This document shows positions 53,961-62,790 of a stretch of DNA of 64,000 nt, piece by piece. The stretch covers positions 88,907 through 152,906 of the forward strand of contig JBBRXX010000002.1 in NCBI GenBank assembly GCA_038238245.1, in the 5' to 3' direction. A program made the position numbers and the translations under genes. This stretch comes from Acidimicrobiia bacterium. Lineage in GTDB: Bacteria > Actinomycetota > Acidimicrobiia > IMCC26256 > PALSA-610. Below the pieces are notes generated by a model. That model was not told the DNA's origin, did not search any database, and saw nothing but the letters and a program-made list of their open reading frames with translations. Each line of letters opens with the position of its first letter. The stretch's first letter is position 1.

Positions 53961-55463
53961 TTGACGGCCGGCTACGACGTGGTGATCATCGGCGCCGGCT
54001 CGGCCGGTGCCGCGCTCGCCGGACGGCTGTCGGAGGACCCGGATCGGTCGGTGCTGCTGCTCGAAGCAGGACCCGATCACACCTCTTCGGGCACACCCGC
54101 GGGTGTGCGGTCGCCGAACCTCTTCCATGCGTTCATGGAGCCGGGTCGCATCTGGCCGAACCTCACGGCAACGCGCGCGGCCGCACAGGCGGAAGCGATC
54201 TACGTGCGCGGGCGCGGCGCGGGCGGTTCGTCGTCGGTCAATGCCATGTGTGCGATCCGCGGCACTGTCGACGACTACGAGCGCTGGGCGAACGAGCTGG
54301 GCTGCGCGGGTTGGGGCTGGCCGGAGATGCTCGACGCGTTCCTGCGCGTCGAAGACGACGTCGACTACGGCGGTGATGGTCTGCACGGCAAGGGTGGCCC
54401 GATCCCGCTCTGCCGCCTGCCGCTCGACGCGTTGCCGCCGTTCGACGCCGTATTGCGCACTGCGATCGCCGATCTCAGCTCTCCGTCGTGCGACGACTAC
54501 CACGCCGTGGACGCCACGGGTGTCAGCCGCGTCGCGCTGACGCTGCGCGACGGTCACCGTGTCTCGACGAACGACGCGTACCTCGAACCCGCCCGTGCCC
54601 GACCCAACCTCACGGTGCGCGGGGAAGCGCTCGTCGAACGTGTCGCGCTCGACGGGAGACGCGCGACGGGCGTGCGGTTGGTACACGGCGAAGAAATCGA
54701 AGCGCGCGAGGTAATTGTCAGCGCGGGCGCGATCCACTCACCGGCGCTGTTGTTGCGATCGGGCATCGGGACCGGGGACGGATTGCCGGTTGGGAAGAAC
54801 CTGAAGGACCACGCGGCAACGTCCGGCTTCGAGGTGTCGCTTCGCCAAGCTGGGCGCATGAGCTCTCCCGGCGCACCCGTGCTTAGCTCGTTGCTTCGCT
54901 ACACGTCCGGACTCGCCGACGCCGGTCCCAACGACATGCAGATCGTGTGGTTCGACACGACCGGGCCGACCGACGAAGACCTCGCCGGCGGCCGGCTGCT
55001 CGGTGCGGTGATGCGTGTCTTCTCCTCCGGTGAGGTCCGACTTCGTTCCGACGATCCGAACGACGACCCCGTCGTCGAGTTCCGCATGTTGACCGACGAC
55101 CGCGACCTCGTGCGGCTGCGGGATTGCGTGCACCGCATGATCGACATCGTGCGGCATCCCGCGGTCCAAGCCATCAGCGATCGTGTGCTCGCGCTCACGA
55201 CGCCGATCGACGAGCTCGACTCGGACGACGCGATCGATGCCTGGCTCGGCGCGACCGTGAACGACTATGTGCACGCAGTCGGGACGTGCCGTATGGGTTC
55301 GCCGGGCGATCCGGCTGCGGTCGTCGACACCGATTGCCGCGTGCTCGGCTACGAGCACCTGCGCGTCTGCGACGCGTCGGTGATGCCCGACCTCCCGAAG
55401 GCGAACACCCACCTCACCACGGTCGCGATCGCCGAGGGGCTCGCCGCCAGGATGGCTCGTTAG
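53961..55463 (+). CDS. GMC family oxidoreductase (choline-dehydrogenase-like)
   Basis: 'YDVVIIGAGSAGAALAGRLSE', 'GRGAGGSSSVNAM' and C-terminal 'LRVCDASVMPDLPKANTHLTTVAIAE'. TTG start after GGGAGGAG. Confidence 0.9.
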   Translation: MTAGYDVVIIGAGSAGAALAGRLSEDPDRSVLLLEAGPDHTSSGTPAGVRSPNLFHAFMEPGRIWPNLTATRAAAQAEAIYVRGRGAGGSSSVNAMCAIRGTVDDYERWANELGCAGWGWPEMLDAFLRVEDDVDYGGDGLHGKGGPIPLCRLPLDALPPFDAVLRTAIADLSSPSCDDYHAVDATGVSRVALTLRDGHRVSTNDAYLEPARARPNLTVRGEALVERVALDGRRATGVRLVHGEEIEAREVIVSAGAIHSPALLLRSGIGTGDGLPVGKNLKDHAATSGFEVSLRQAGRMSSPGAPVLSSLLRYTSGLADAGPNDMQIVWFDTTGPTDEDLAGGRLLGAVMRVFSSGEVRLRSDDPNDDPVVEFRMLTDDRDLVRLRDCVHRMIDIVRHPAVQAISDRVLALTTPIDELDSDDAIDAWLGATVNDYVHAVGTCRMGSPGDPAAVVDTDCRVLGYEHLRVCDASVMPDLPKANTHLTTVAIAEGLAARMAR

Positions 55464-56482
55464 AGGCCGGCGATCTTCTTCTCTTCGTGGCCGCCGAACT
55501 GCTTGCGCATCGCAGCAAGCAGCTTGTTCGAGAAGTCGGCGGTGCCTTGGGAGATGAAGCGGTCGAACAGCGCAGTCGCCATCACCGGCGCGGGCACCCC
55601 CTCGTCGATCGCGGCGGCGATCGTCCATCGCCCTTCGCCGGAGTCGCTCACGCGCCCGCTGAAACCCTCGAGCGTCGGTGACTGTTGCAATGCGGCCGCA
55701 GTGAGGTCGAGGAGCCAGGACGCGACGACGCTGCCGCGCCGCCACACCTCGGTGACCTTCGCCACGTCGATGTCGTACCGATAGCGGGACGGATCGGTGA
55801 GCGGCGCGGTCTCCGCGTCCGCGGGGCGCAGCTCGGTGCCGACGTTGGCGTGATGGAGGATGTTCAGGCCTTCGGCGTACGACGCCATGAGGGCGTACTC
55901 GATGCCGTTGTGCACCATCTTCACGAAGTGACCGGCGCCCGCGGGTCCGCAATGGAGGTAGCCGAGCTCCTCGGGGTCGGGATCGCCGTCGCGACCCGGC
56001 GTGCGCGGCGCGGCGTCGATGCCCGGCGCGAGCGCCCGAAAGATCGGATCCAGACGCGCGACCACGTGCTCCGGTCCACCGATCATCAGGCAGAATCCAC
56101 GATCGAGACCGAATATCCCGCCGCTCGTCCCGCAATCCACGTAGTCGATGCGTTGGCCCAGGAGTTGCTCCGAGCGCGCGATGTCGTCGGCGTAGTGGGT
56201 GTTGCCGCCGTCGATCACGGTGTCGCCCGCCGCGAGGTGCGCGGTGAGGTCCGAGAGCACCGCGGTCGTGACGCCGGCCGGCACCATGAGCCACACCGCG
56301 CGCGGCGGCGTGAGCTTGGCGACGAGGTCCTCCAACGTCGTCGCGCCGACGGCGCCGTCGCGTACCAGGGCATCGACCGACGCGGGGTTGTGGTCGTAGA
56401 CGACGCATTCGTGCCCGGACTGCATGCACCGGCGCACGAGGTTCGCGCCCATGCGACCGAGGCCGATCATTCCGAGCTGCAT
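55460..56482 (-). CDS. gnd: 6-phosphogluconate dehydrogenase, decarboxylating (short, ~340-aa type)
   Basis: ATG 56482 'MQLGMIGLGRMGANLV', plus 'YVDCGTSGG' and 'CGPAGAGHFVKMVHNGIEYA'. Confidence 0.93.
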   Translation of the reverse strand: MQLGMIGLGRMGANLVRRCMQSGHECVVYDHNPASVDALVRDGAVGATTLEDLVAKLTPPRAVWLMVPAGVTTAVLSDLTAHLAAGDTVIDGGNTHYADDIARSEQLLGQRIDYVDCGTSGGIFGLDRGFCLMIGGPEHVVARLDPIFRALAPGIDAAPRTPGRDGDPDPEELGYLHCGPAGAGHFVKMVHNGIEYALMASYAEGLNILHHANVGTELRPADAETAPLTDPSRYRYDIDVAKVTEVWRRGSVVASWLLDLTAAALQQSPTLEGFSGRVSDSGEGRWTIAAAIDEGVPAPVMATALFDRFISQGTADFSNKLLAAMRKQFGGHEEKKIAGL

Positions 56483-56483
56483 G

Positions 56484-57248
56484 TCACTCCCTGTCGGTCG
56501 TTCCCACCGGGACCTGGGCTTCGGCGAGCGCGGCGGCCCCGACGATCCCCGCAAGGTTCCCGAGCTCGGCGATCCGCACCTCGCAGCCGGGATCGATGCG
56601 GCCGAGGAACCGGTCGGCATGCTTCACGATGCCGCCGCCGATCACGATGAGGTCGGGCCACAGCACATCGTGCAGGTGTGTGAGGTAGCGATCGAGTCGT
56701 CGCGTCCACCGCTTCCACGTGAGATTCCCCGCCGCACGCGCGGCGTCCGATGTCCAGTCGTCGGCGACGTGGCGGTTGACCACGATGTGCCCGAGCTCCG
56801 AGTTGGGAACGAGCACGCCGTCGTTGAGCAACGCCGTTCCGACGCCGGTACCGATCGTCACCATCACCACGAGCCCGCCGTGCCCGCGCGCCGCGCCGTA
56901 ACGCGCTTCGGCGACACCGGCGGCGTCGGCGTCGTTGAGCACGACACACGGGCGATCGATCGCCCGCGAGAGCATCGTGACCGCGTGCGTGCCGATCCAC
57001 GACGGATCAATGTGCGCGGCCGATTGCACGATGCCGTGCTGCACCACCGCGGGAAGCGTGCAACCGACCGGGCCGTCACCGGGAAACTTCACGACGAGCT
57101 CGGCGATCGTCGCGACGACCGCATCGGGGGTCGCAGGTTGGGGCGTCTCGAGACGGATGCGGCCCGACGCGACGCCCGTCGTCACATCGACCGACGCCGC
57201 TTTGATGCCGCTGCCGCCGACGTCGACGCCGATCAGTTGCGTAGTCAT
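56484..57248 (-). CDS. ppgK: polyphosphate/ATP glucokinase (ROK family)
   Basis: 'IGVDVGGSGIKAASVD', 'PQPATP' and 'TIGTGVGTALL'. The stop is 1 nt from the gnd start. The start is ATG 57248 or GTG 57254. Confidence 0.9.
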   Translation of the reverse strand: MTTQLIGVDVGGSGIKAASVDVTTGVASGRIRLETPQPATPDAVVATIAELVVKFPGDGPVGCTLPAVVQHGIVQSAAHIDPSWIGTHAVTMLSRAIDRPCVVLNDADAAGVAEARYGAARGHGGLVVMVTIGTGVGTALLNDGVLVPNSELGHIVVNRHVADDWTSDAARAAGNLTWKRWTRRLDRYLTHLHDVLWPDLIVIGGGIVKHADRFLGRIDPGCEVRIAELGNLAGIVGAAALAEAQVPVGTTDRE

Positions 57249-57288
57249 CGGCACATGACGCTAGTCGTCCGCCGGGTAGCGTTCGGAC

Positions 57289-59127
57289 GTGATCGACGGC
57301 TCCGCCGACGGGTCGACGCCGCTCGAGGACTACGCGCTCCTCGGTGACCGTCGCACGGCCGCGCTCGTCTCGCGCGACGGATCCGTCGACTGGTGGTGCG
57401 TCCCGCGATTCGACGACGGTGCGTGTCTTGCGGCCTTGCTCGGCACGCGCGCCCACGGGCGTTTCCTCATCACGCCGGACGCCGAGACGCGCACGTCCCG
57501 CCGATACCGCGAGGGCACGATGGTGCTCGAGACCGAGCACGCGACGGACAGTGGTCGTGTGCGTGTCGTCGACTGTCTCGCGTTCGGTCCCGATCGGCCG
57601 ACCCTCGTCCGTCTCGTGGAAGGCCTCGAGGGCAGCGTCGACATGGGCGTCGAGTTGATCGTCCGCTTCGACTACGGAAACGTCGTGCCGTGGGTGCGAC
57701 GGGTCGACGGCGCGTGGCGTGCGATCGCCGGTCCCGACGGCCTCGAGCTACGTTCGCCGGTGCGACTGCACGGACGCGACCACACGTCGACTGCCGCGTT
57801 CACGGTGCGAGCGGGAGAGCGGGTGCCGTTCGTGCTGGGATGGTTCCCGTCGCACGATCCGCAACCGGTCGAGTCCGACGCGGCTGCACTCATCGAACGA
57901 ACCGCGCGCGGTTGGGCGCGCTGGTCCGCGCGCTGCACGTACAACGAGGGCGATTGGTGCCGGCCCGTGATCCGCTCGCTCCTCACGCTCGAGGCGCTGA
58001 CCTTCGAGTCGACCGGCGGGATCGTCGCCGCGCCCACGACTTCATTGCCCGAGCGACTCGGCGGGTCGCGAAACTGGGACTACCGGTATTGCTGGGTGCG
58101 CGACGCGACGCTGACGCTCGAAGCCTTGTTCATCGGTGCGTATCACCAAGAGGCGACGCGCTGGCGCGAGTGGCTGTTGCGCGCGCTCGCCGGCGACCCC
58201 AACGGCATGCAGATCATGTATGGCGTCGCGGGCGAACGCCGGCTCACCGAGCTCGAGCTCGACTGGCTGCCCGGTTATGCGCGCTCCGCGCCCGTGCGGA
58301 CCGGGAACGGCGCGCATTCGCAGCTGCAGCTGGACGTGTACGGCGAGCTGACCGACGTGCTCTGGCAATCGACGCGGGCGGGAATCGAGGTCGGACCGGA
58401 TACCTGGTCGCTCGTGGTCCTCTTGTTGGAGACGCTCGAGGAACGGTGGCACGAGCCCGACGAGGGCCTCTGGGAGGTACGCGGGCCACGCCGGCACTTC
58501 ACGCACTCGAAGGTGATGTGCTGGGTTGCATTCGACCGCGCGGTGCAGATGGCGTTGCTCACGGGTTACAAGGCCCCGGTCGATCGATGGCAGAAGATCC
58601 GCGACGAGGTGCATGCGGAGGTCTGCGCGCGTGGCTACAACGAGGGGCTCGGCCACTTCGTCCAGTCCTACGAGGCCGAAGCGCTCGACGCGTCGTTGCT
58701 CATGATCCCGATCGTGGGATTCCTTCCCGGGGATGATCCCCGGGTGGTGTCGACGATCGACGCGATTCTCGCCGACCTCACCCGCGACGGCTTCGTGATG
58801 CGCTACGACCCGACGGACCCTTCGGTCGACGGCATCGGCGAGCCGGAAGGCGTGTTCCTGCCCTGCAGCTTCTGGATGGTCGAAGCGCTCGCGCTCGCCG
58901 GCCGGCGCGACGAGGCCCGGAAGCTGTTCGAGCAGCTGCTCGGCGTCGCGACCGATCTCGGCCTCTACGCCGAGGAGTACGACCCGGGCGAACGGCGCCT
59001 CCTCGGAAACTTCCCGCAGGCATTCACGCACCTCGCGCTCGTCGCCGCGGCCCACACGCTCGCGCCCGAGGTCTCCACCCACTCCCTGCGGCGCCGCGAT
59101 CGTCCCGCCGCGCGCGCCCGCACCTAG
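57289..59127 (+). CDS. glycoside hydrolase family 15 (glucoamylase/trehalase-like)
   Basis: 'LEDYALLGDRRTAALVSRDGSVDWWCVPRFD', 'SRNWDYRYCWVRDA' and 'GLYAEEYD'. GTG start 6 nt after TAGCGT. Confidence 0.9.
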   Translation: MIDGSADGSTPLEDYALLGDRRTAALVSRDGSVDWWCVPRFDDGACLAALLGTRAHGRFLITPDAETRTSRRYREGTMVLETEHATDSGRVRVVDCLAFGPDRPTLVRLVEGLEGSVDMGVELIVRFDYGNVVPWVRRVDGAWRAIAGPDGLELRSPVRLHGRDHTSTAAFTVRAGERVPFVLGWFPSHDPQPVESDAAALIERTARGWARWSARCTYNEGDWCRPVIRSLLTLEALTFESTGGIVAAPTTSLPERLGGSRNWDYRYCWVRDATLTLEALFIGAYHQEATRWREWLLRALAGDPNGMQIMYGVAGERRLTELELDWLPGYARSAPVRTGNGAHSQLQLDVYGELTDVLWQSTRAGIEVGPDTWSLVVLLLETLEERWHEPDEGLWEVRGPRRHFTHSKVMCWVAFDRAVQMALLTGYKAPVDRWQKIRDEVHAEVCARGYNEGLGHFVQSYEAEALDASLLMIPIVGFLPGDDPRVVSTIDAILADLTRDGFVMRYDPTDPSVDGIGEPEGVFLPCSFWMVEALALAGRRDEARKLFEQLLGVATDLGLYAEEYDPGERRLLGNFPQAFTHLALVAAAHTLAPEVSTHSLRRRDRPAARART

Positions 59128-59136
59128 TCTGCGGCG

Positions 59137-60120
59137 ATGGCGCTCGTCACCAACGTCATCAAGGGGTCCGACGCGCAGCGTCTGCTTCTCCTCGTGCACG
59201 GCTACGGTGCCGACGAGCGAGATCTCGGCGGCCTGCTGCCGTACCTCGATCCCGATGGCACCTTCGCGGCCGTGCTGCCGCGCGGTCCGGTCGCGGCGCC
59301 GGGCACGCCCGGATTCGCGTGGTATGAGTTCGGCGAAGGAGCCGGCCCGGGCTTTGCGGATGCACTCGCCGCGCTGGACGCGCTCGTCGACGACCAATGC
59401 GAGGAGCTCGGCTTCGACCGCGCCCAGGCGCTCGTCGCGGGCTTCTCTCAGGGGGCCGGTCTCGCGGCCGCGCTCGGGCTGTTCCCGCCCTGCGATCGGG
59501 TCCGGCCGGCCGGTGTGCTCGCGATGAGTCCGGCACTGCCGGCGGCCGAGGTGGCCGACGAGGCGCGAACGGTGCCGGTATTCCTCGCCCACGGCACGCA
59601 CGACCCGCTGATCCCGGTGCAACGGTCACGCGACCTCGCTCGCGCCCTCCGCACTGCTGGCGTGCCGACCGTGTACCGCGAGTATCCGATGGAGCACCAG
59701 GTCGCCATCGAGGAGCTGCGCGACGCACGCGACTGGATCACGAGCGTGCTCGCGGGAGACAAGCCCGACGAGCCAGTACCCGAGGATCCGGTCGAGCTCG
59801 TCCCGTCGGTCACGACCGCCCGGTGGGATGCGGAAGTGCTGCAGAGCGACGTTCCGGTCATCGTCGACTTCTGGGCGCCGTGGTGCGGACCGTGCCGGCA
59901 GGTGTCGCCGGTTGTCGAGACGATCGCGGCGATGCGGAAAGGCTCCTACAAGGTCATGAAGGTGAACATCGACGAGGAACCGCAGATCGCCCAGCAGTAC
60001 GACGTCCAGAGCATCCCGATGATCGGACTGTTCCGCAGCGGCCGCCTCGAGCGGGCGGCCCTCGGCGCCAAGCCCCGCCAGCAGCTCGAAGCCGAGCTCG
60101 GCATGCTCGTCATCCCGTAA
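59137..60120 (+). CDS. fusion protein: phospholipase/carboxylesterase-type alpha/beta hydrolase + thioredoxin
   Basis: Approximately residues 1-205 carry 'LLLLVHGYGADERDL', the nucleophile elbow 'AGFSQGA' and 'FLAHGTHDPLIP...MEHQV'. The linker is 'GDKPDEPVPEDPVELVP'. The C-terminus has 'VIVDFWAPWCGPCRQVSP...IPMIGLF', a canonical WCGPC thioredoxin. Confidence 0.85.
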   Translation: MALVTNVIKGSDAQRLLLLVHGYGADERDLGGLLPYLDPDGTFAAVLPRGPVAAPGTPGFAWYEFGEGAGPGFADALAALDALVDDQCEELGFDRAQALVAGFSQGAGLAAALGLFPPCDRVRPAGVLAMSPALPAAEVADEARTVPVFLAHGTHDPLIPVQRSRDLARALRTAGVPTVYREYPMEHQVAIEELRDARDWITSVLAGDKPDEPVPEDPVELVPSVTTARWDAEVLQSDVPVIVDFWAPWCGPCRQVSPVVETIAAMRKGSYKVMKVNIDEEPQIAQQYDVQSIPMIGLFRSGRLERAALGAKPRQQLEAELGMLVIP

Positions 60121-60142
60121 CCCGGCGGGAGGCGCCCCGGCG

Positions 60143-60445
60143 CTACTTCTTGCGCACCTTGCTCTTGATCTCGTCGGCGACCTCGTTGAACGTCGTGCTC
60201 AGGGCGTCGCCGATGGACGTGCCCGCGTGCTTCAGGTCGTCGCGGATCCCCGGGTCGCGCAGCGAGTCGCCGATCGCGGTAAAACCGGCATCGAGCGCGT
60301 CCGCCATCTTGCGCAACGCGTCATTCATCTTCTCCTGCTGATCCGCCCCGAACGCGGCGCTGGCGTCGTAGCGCTCCTTGAAGCGCTTGCCGATCTCGCC
60401 GAACCGGTCTCCGACCTCGTCCCACTTCTGCTTGGCCTCGGACAT
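60143..60445 (-). CDS. small helical hypothetical protein (100 aa)
   Basis: Starts 3 nt after the selD stop. Charged and Cys-free, with internal 'IGD.L'-type repeats ('FGEIGKRF', 'FTAIGDSL', 'TSIGDAL'). No family recognised. Confidence 0.6.
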   Translation of the reverse strand: MSEAKQKWDEVGDRFGEIGKRFKERYDASAAFGADQQEKMNDALRKMADALDAGFTAIGDSLRDPGIRDDLKHAGTSIGDALSTTFNEVADEIKSKVRKK

Positions 60446-60448
60446 GTC

Positions 60449-61534
60449 CTACCTCCGTATCGTGATACGTCCCGCGTTCCGCTCGGTCATCTCACCGATC
60501 ATCGCCGCGATCATGACGCCGTGGGTCGCGCAGGCGTCAACCAACTGTTGGGCGCGGTCGGACGCGACCGACAACAACAGGCCGCCCGAGGTCTGGGCAT
60601 CGGCGAGCAACAGCCGCTCCGCATCCGGCAGATCGCCGAAGTCGACGTCCGGTGCAACGAACGCGAGGTTGCGCTGGGTGCCGCCGGCCACCATGCCGTC
60701 GGTGAGCAGGTCCCGGACGCCGGCGATCACCGGCACGGCAGCCGCGTCGACGATCGCCCCCGTTCCGGACGCGGCGCACATCTCGCGCAGATGTCCGAGC
60801 AGGCCGAAGCCCGTCACGTCGGTGGCCGCCTGTACGCCCACCTCCACTGCCGCATCGCGCGCCGCGGCGTTCAATGTGGTCATCACCTCGATCGCGCCGG
60901 CGAGCAGCTCGGGCGTCGCCGCGTGCCGTTTCACCGCGGTCGAGATCACCCCGAGGCCGATCGGTTTCGTGAGGATGATCGCGTCGCCTGGACGGGCGCC
61001 GGCATTGGTGAGCACCGCGTCGGGATGGACGGTGCCGACCACCGCCATGCCGTACTTGGGCTCGGCGTCGTCGATCGAGTGTCCGCCGGCGACGAGGCAG
61101 CCGGCCGCTCGGGCCACGGCCGCGCCCCCGTCGAGCACCCGGGCGAGCAGCTCGAACGGCAGGCTCTCGCGCGGCCAAGCCACGAGGTTCAATGCGAGCA
61201 ACGGTGTGCCGCCCATCGCATAGACGTCCGACAACGCGTTCGTCGCTGCGATCCGCCCCCAGTCGTAGGGGTCGTCGACGATCGGGGTGAAGAAGTCCGT
61301 GGTCACCACGATCGCGAGATCGTCTCGTAGTCGATAGACGGCCGCGTCGTCGGCGGTGTCGAACCCCACCAGGAGATCGGGATCGCCCGCGGGCTCGAAG
61401 CCTCGGACCAGGCCCAGCACCGTGCGCAGGTCGGCGGGCGAGAGCTTGCAGGCACAGCCCGCGCCGTGCGAGAACGCGGTCAGCCGGATCGCGTCGGTGT
61501 GATCGGGCCGCGCTTGGGGCGAAACGGGCGTCAA
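60449..61534 (-). CDS. selD: selenide, water dikinase (selenophosphate synthetase), Cys type
   Basis: 'IRLTAFSHGAGCACKLSP' (TGT/TGC codons, not TGA), 'DDAAVYRL', 'TTDFFTPIVDDPYDWGRIAATNALSDVYAMGG', 'AGGHSIDDAEPKYG', 'TDVTGFGLLGHLREM' and 'DAQTSGGLLLSV'. The TTG start overlaps the upstream stop (TTGA). Confidence 0.92.
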   Translation of the reverse strand: MTPVSPQARPDHTDAIRLTAFSHGAGCACKLSPADLRTVLGLVRGFEPAGDPDLLVGFDTADDAAVYRLRDDLAIVVTTDFFTPIVDDPYDWGRIAATNALSDVYAMGGTPLLALNLVAWPRESLPFELLARVLDGGAAVARAAGCLVAGGHSIDDAEPKYGMAVVGTVHPDAVLTNAGARPGDAIILTKPIGLGVISTAVKRHAATPELLAGAIEVMTTLNAAARDAAVEVGVQAATDVTGFGLLGHLREMCAASGTGAIVDAAAVPVIAGVRDLLTDGMVAGGTQRNLAFVAPDVDFGDLPDAERLLLADAQTSGGLLLSVASDRAQQLVDACATHGVMIAAMIGEMTERNAGRITIRR

Positions 61535-62697
61535 CCCGGCCGTACGGAGTACTGATAGCCCTCTCGGAACACGGGTTGCAGCCGGACGAAGTCGCCGGTG
61601 TGCGTCGCGGAGATCGTCATGCCGTTGCCGACGTACATCCCGACGTGACCGTGGTCGGGGTAGTAGATCGCCAGGTCACCGGGTTTCAGGTCGGAGTCCG
61701 GCACGCGCGGGAACATCGCGCCCTGGGCGATCGAACCATGAGGCATCGACACGCCGCCTTGCGCCCAGGCCATCATTGTCAGGCCCGAGCAGTCGTACGC
61801 GTCGGGACCCACGCCCGCATATCGGTATGGCTTGCCGACCTGTGCCCACGCGTACGCGACGGCGGCGGTGGCTCCCGCGCCCGGTGCCGGCACATCGAAC
61901 GGCTGTCCGCCGATGCTCGGCGAACCTCCTCCGCTCCCCGCGTTGGCGCGGGCGGCAGCGGCTTCGGCTTGGGCGCGTGCCTGCACGGCCTGGAACTCGG
62001 CGCGCGCTCGCGCGTCGTCGGCGCGCTGCTTCTCCGCCGCGATCTGGTCGACGAGCTGACCGATGTCGCCCTTGACCGAGGCGAGCTCGTTCTGCTCGAC
62101 CTGGACGGCCTGCTTCACTTCGTTCAGCGCTTTGTCCGCAGCTCTCTGCTGGGACCGAGCCTCGTCCTGGACCTTCAGGAACGTCTTGCGCTGGATGCCG
62201 AGCGTCTCTTCCGCGACATGAAGCTTGTCGAGGAGTCGCTGGTCTTCGTCCGCGGCGGCTTCGCCGTACTTCGCACGGCTGCCGAGCTCGCGCACGTCGG
62301 TCGCGTCGATCGAGAACGGGTCGGAGTTGCCGGCGCCCATGTAGAGCGTCGCGGCCCTGCCACTGAGCCGCAGGCGCGACTCCTTCGTGTCGGCTTCGGC
62401 GCGTGCGATACCGGCTTCGGCGTCGGCAATCTTCTTCTGTGTTTCCGCGACGGCCGTCTGCGCCTGGAGGTACTGCTCGTTGAGCATTTCCGACCTACGA
62501 TGGTCGGCGTCGATCTTTGTCTCGAGCCTTGCGGCACGCTCTTTTTTGGCCGCGAGGTCGTCCTGCGGTGATGCGTGCGCGGGCGCCGCGAACGCGATGC
62601 TTGTCGACACCGCGAGAGCGAGGGCCAGGCCAAGAGTGACCGGGCGTCGGCCACGGGGCGCGACGCCGCGGGGGGATCCATCTCTCCGCCGGGGCAT
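61531..62697 (-). CDS. secreted NlpC/P60 (C40) peptidoglycan endopeptidase with long N-terminal coiled coil (RipA-like)
   Basis: Signal peptide 'LGLALALAVSTSIAFAAPAHA', about 200 aa of coiled coil, then a C-terminal 'YDCSGLTMMAW...GDLAIYYPDHGHVGMYVG' Cys/His catalytic core. Confidence 0.9.
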   Translation of the reverse strand: MPRRRDGSPRGVAPRGRRPVTLGLALALAVSTSIAFAAPAHASPQDDLAAKKERAARLETKIDADHRRSEMLNEQYLQAQTAVAETQKKIADAEAGIARAEADTKESRLRLSGRAATLYMGAGNSDPFSIDATDVRELGSRAKYGEAAADEDQRLLDKLHVAEETLGIQRKTFLKVQDEARSQQRAADKALNEVKQAVQVEQNELASVKGDIGQLVDQIAAEKQRADDARARAEFQAVQARAQAEAAAARANAGSGGGSPSIGGQPFDVPAPGAGATAAVAYAWAQVGKPYRYAGVGPDAYDCSGLTMMAWAQGGVSMPHGSIAQGAMFPRVPDSDLKPGDLAIYYPDHGHVGMYVGNGMTISATHTGDFVRLQPVFREGYQYSVRPG

Positions 62698-62790
62698 CCG
62701 GAGAGGTTAGACCCACCCTCGCCCCACCTGTCACATCCGGCGCGTTTCCCCAGGTCAGCAGGGGACGAAACGGTCGAAACGGGCAGATCG

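Noticed and set aside
61420-61480. A possible selenocysteine (TGA) at the SelD active site, or selenoprotein genes in the window
   Set aside because: The active-site codons read GGC-TGT-GCC-TGC-AAG (G-C-A-C-K), so this is the Cys form. I noticed no family-recognisable gene split by an in-frame TGA.
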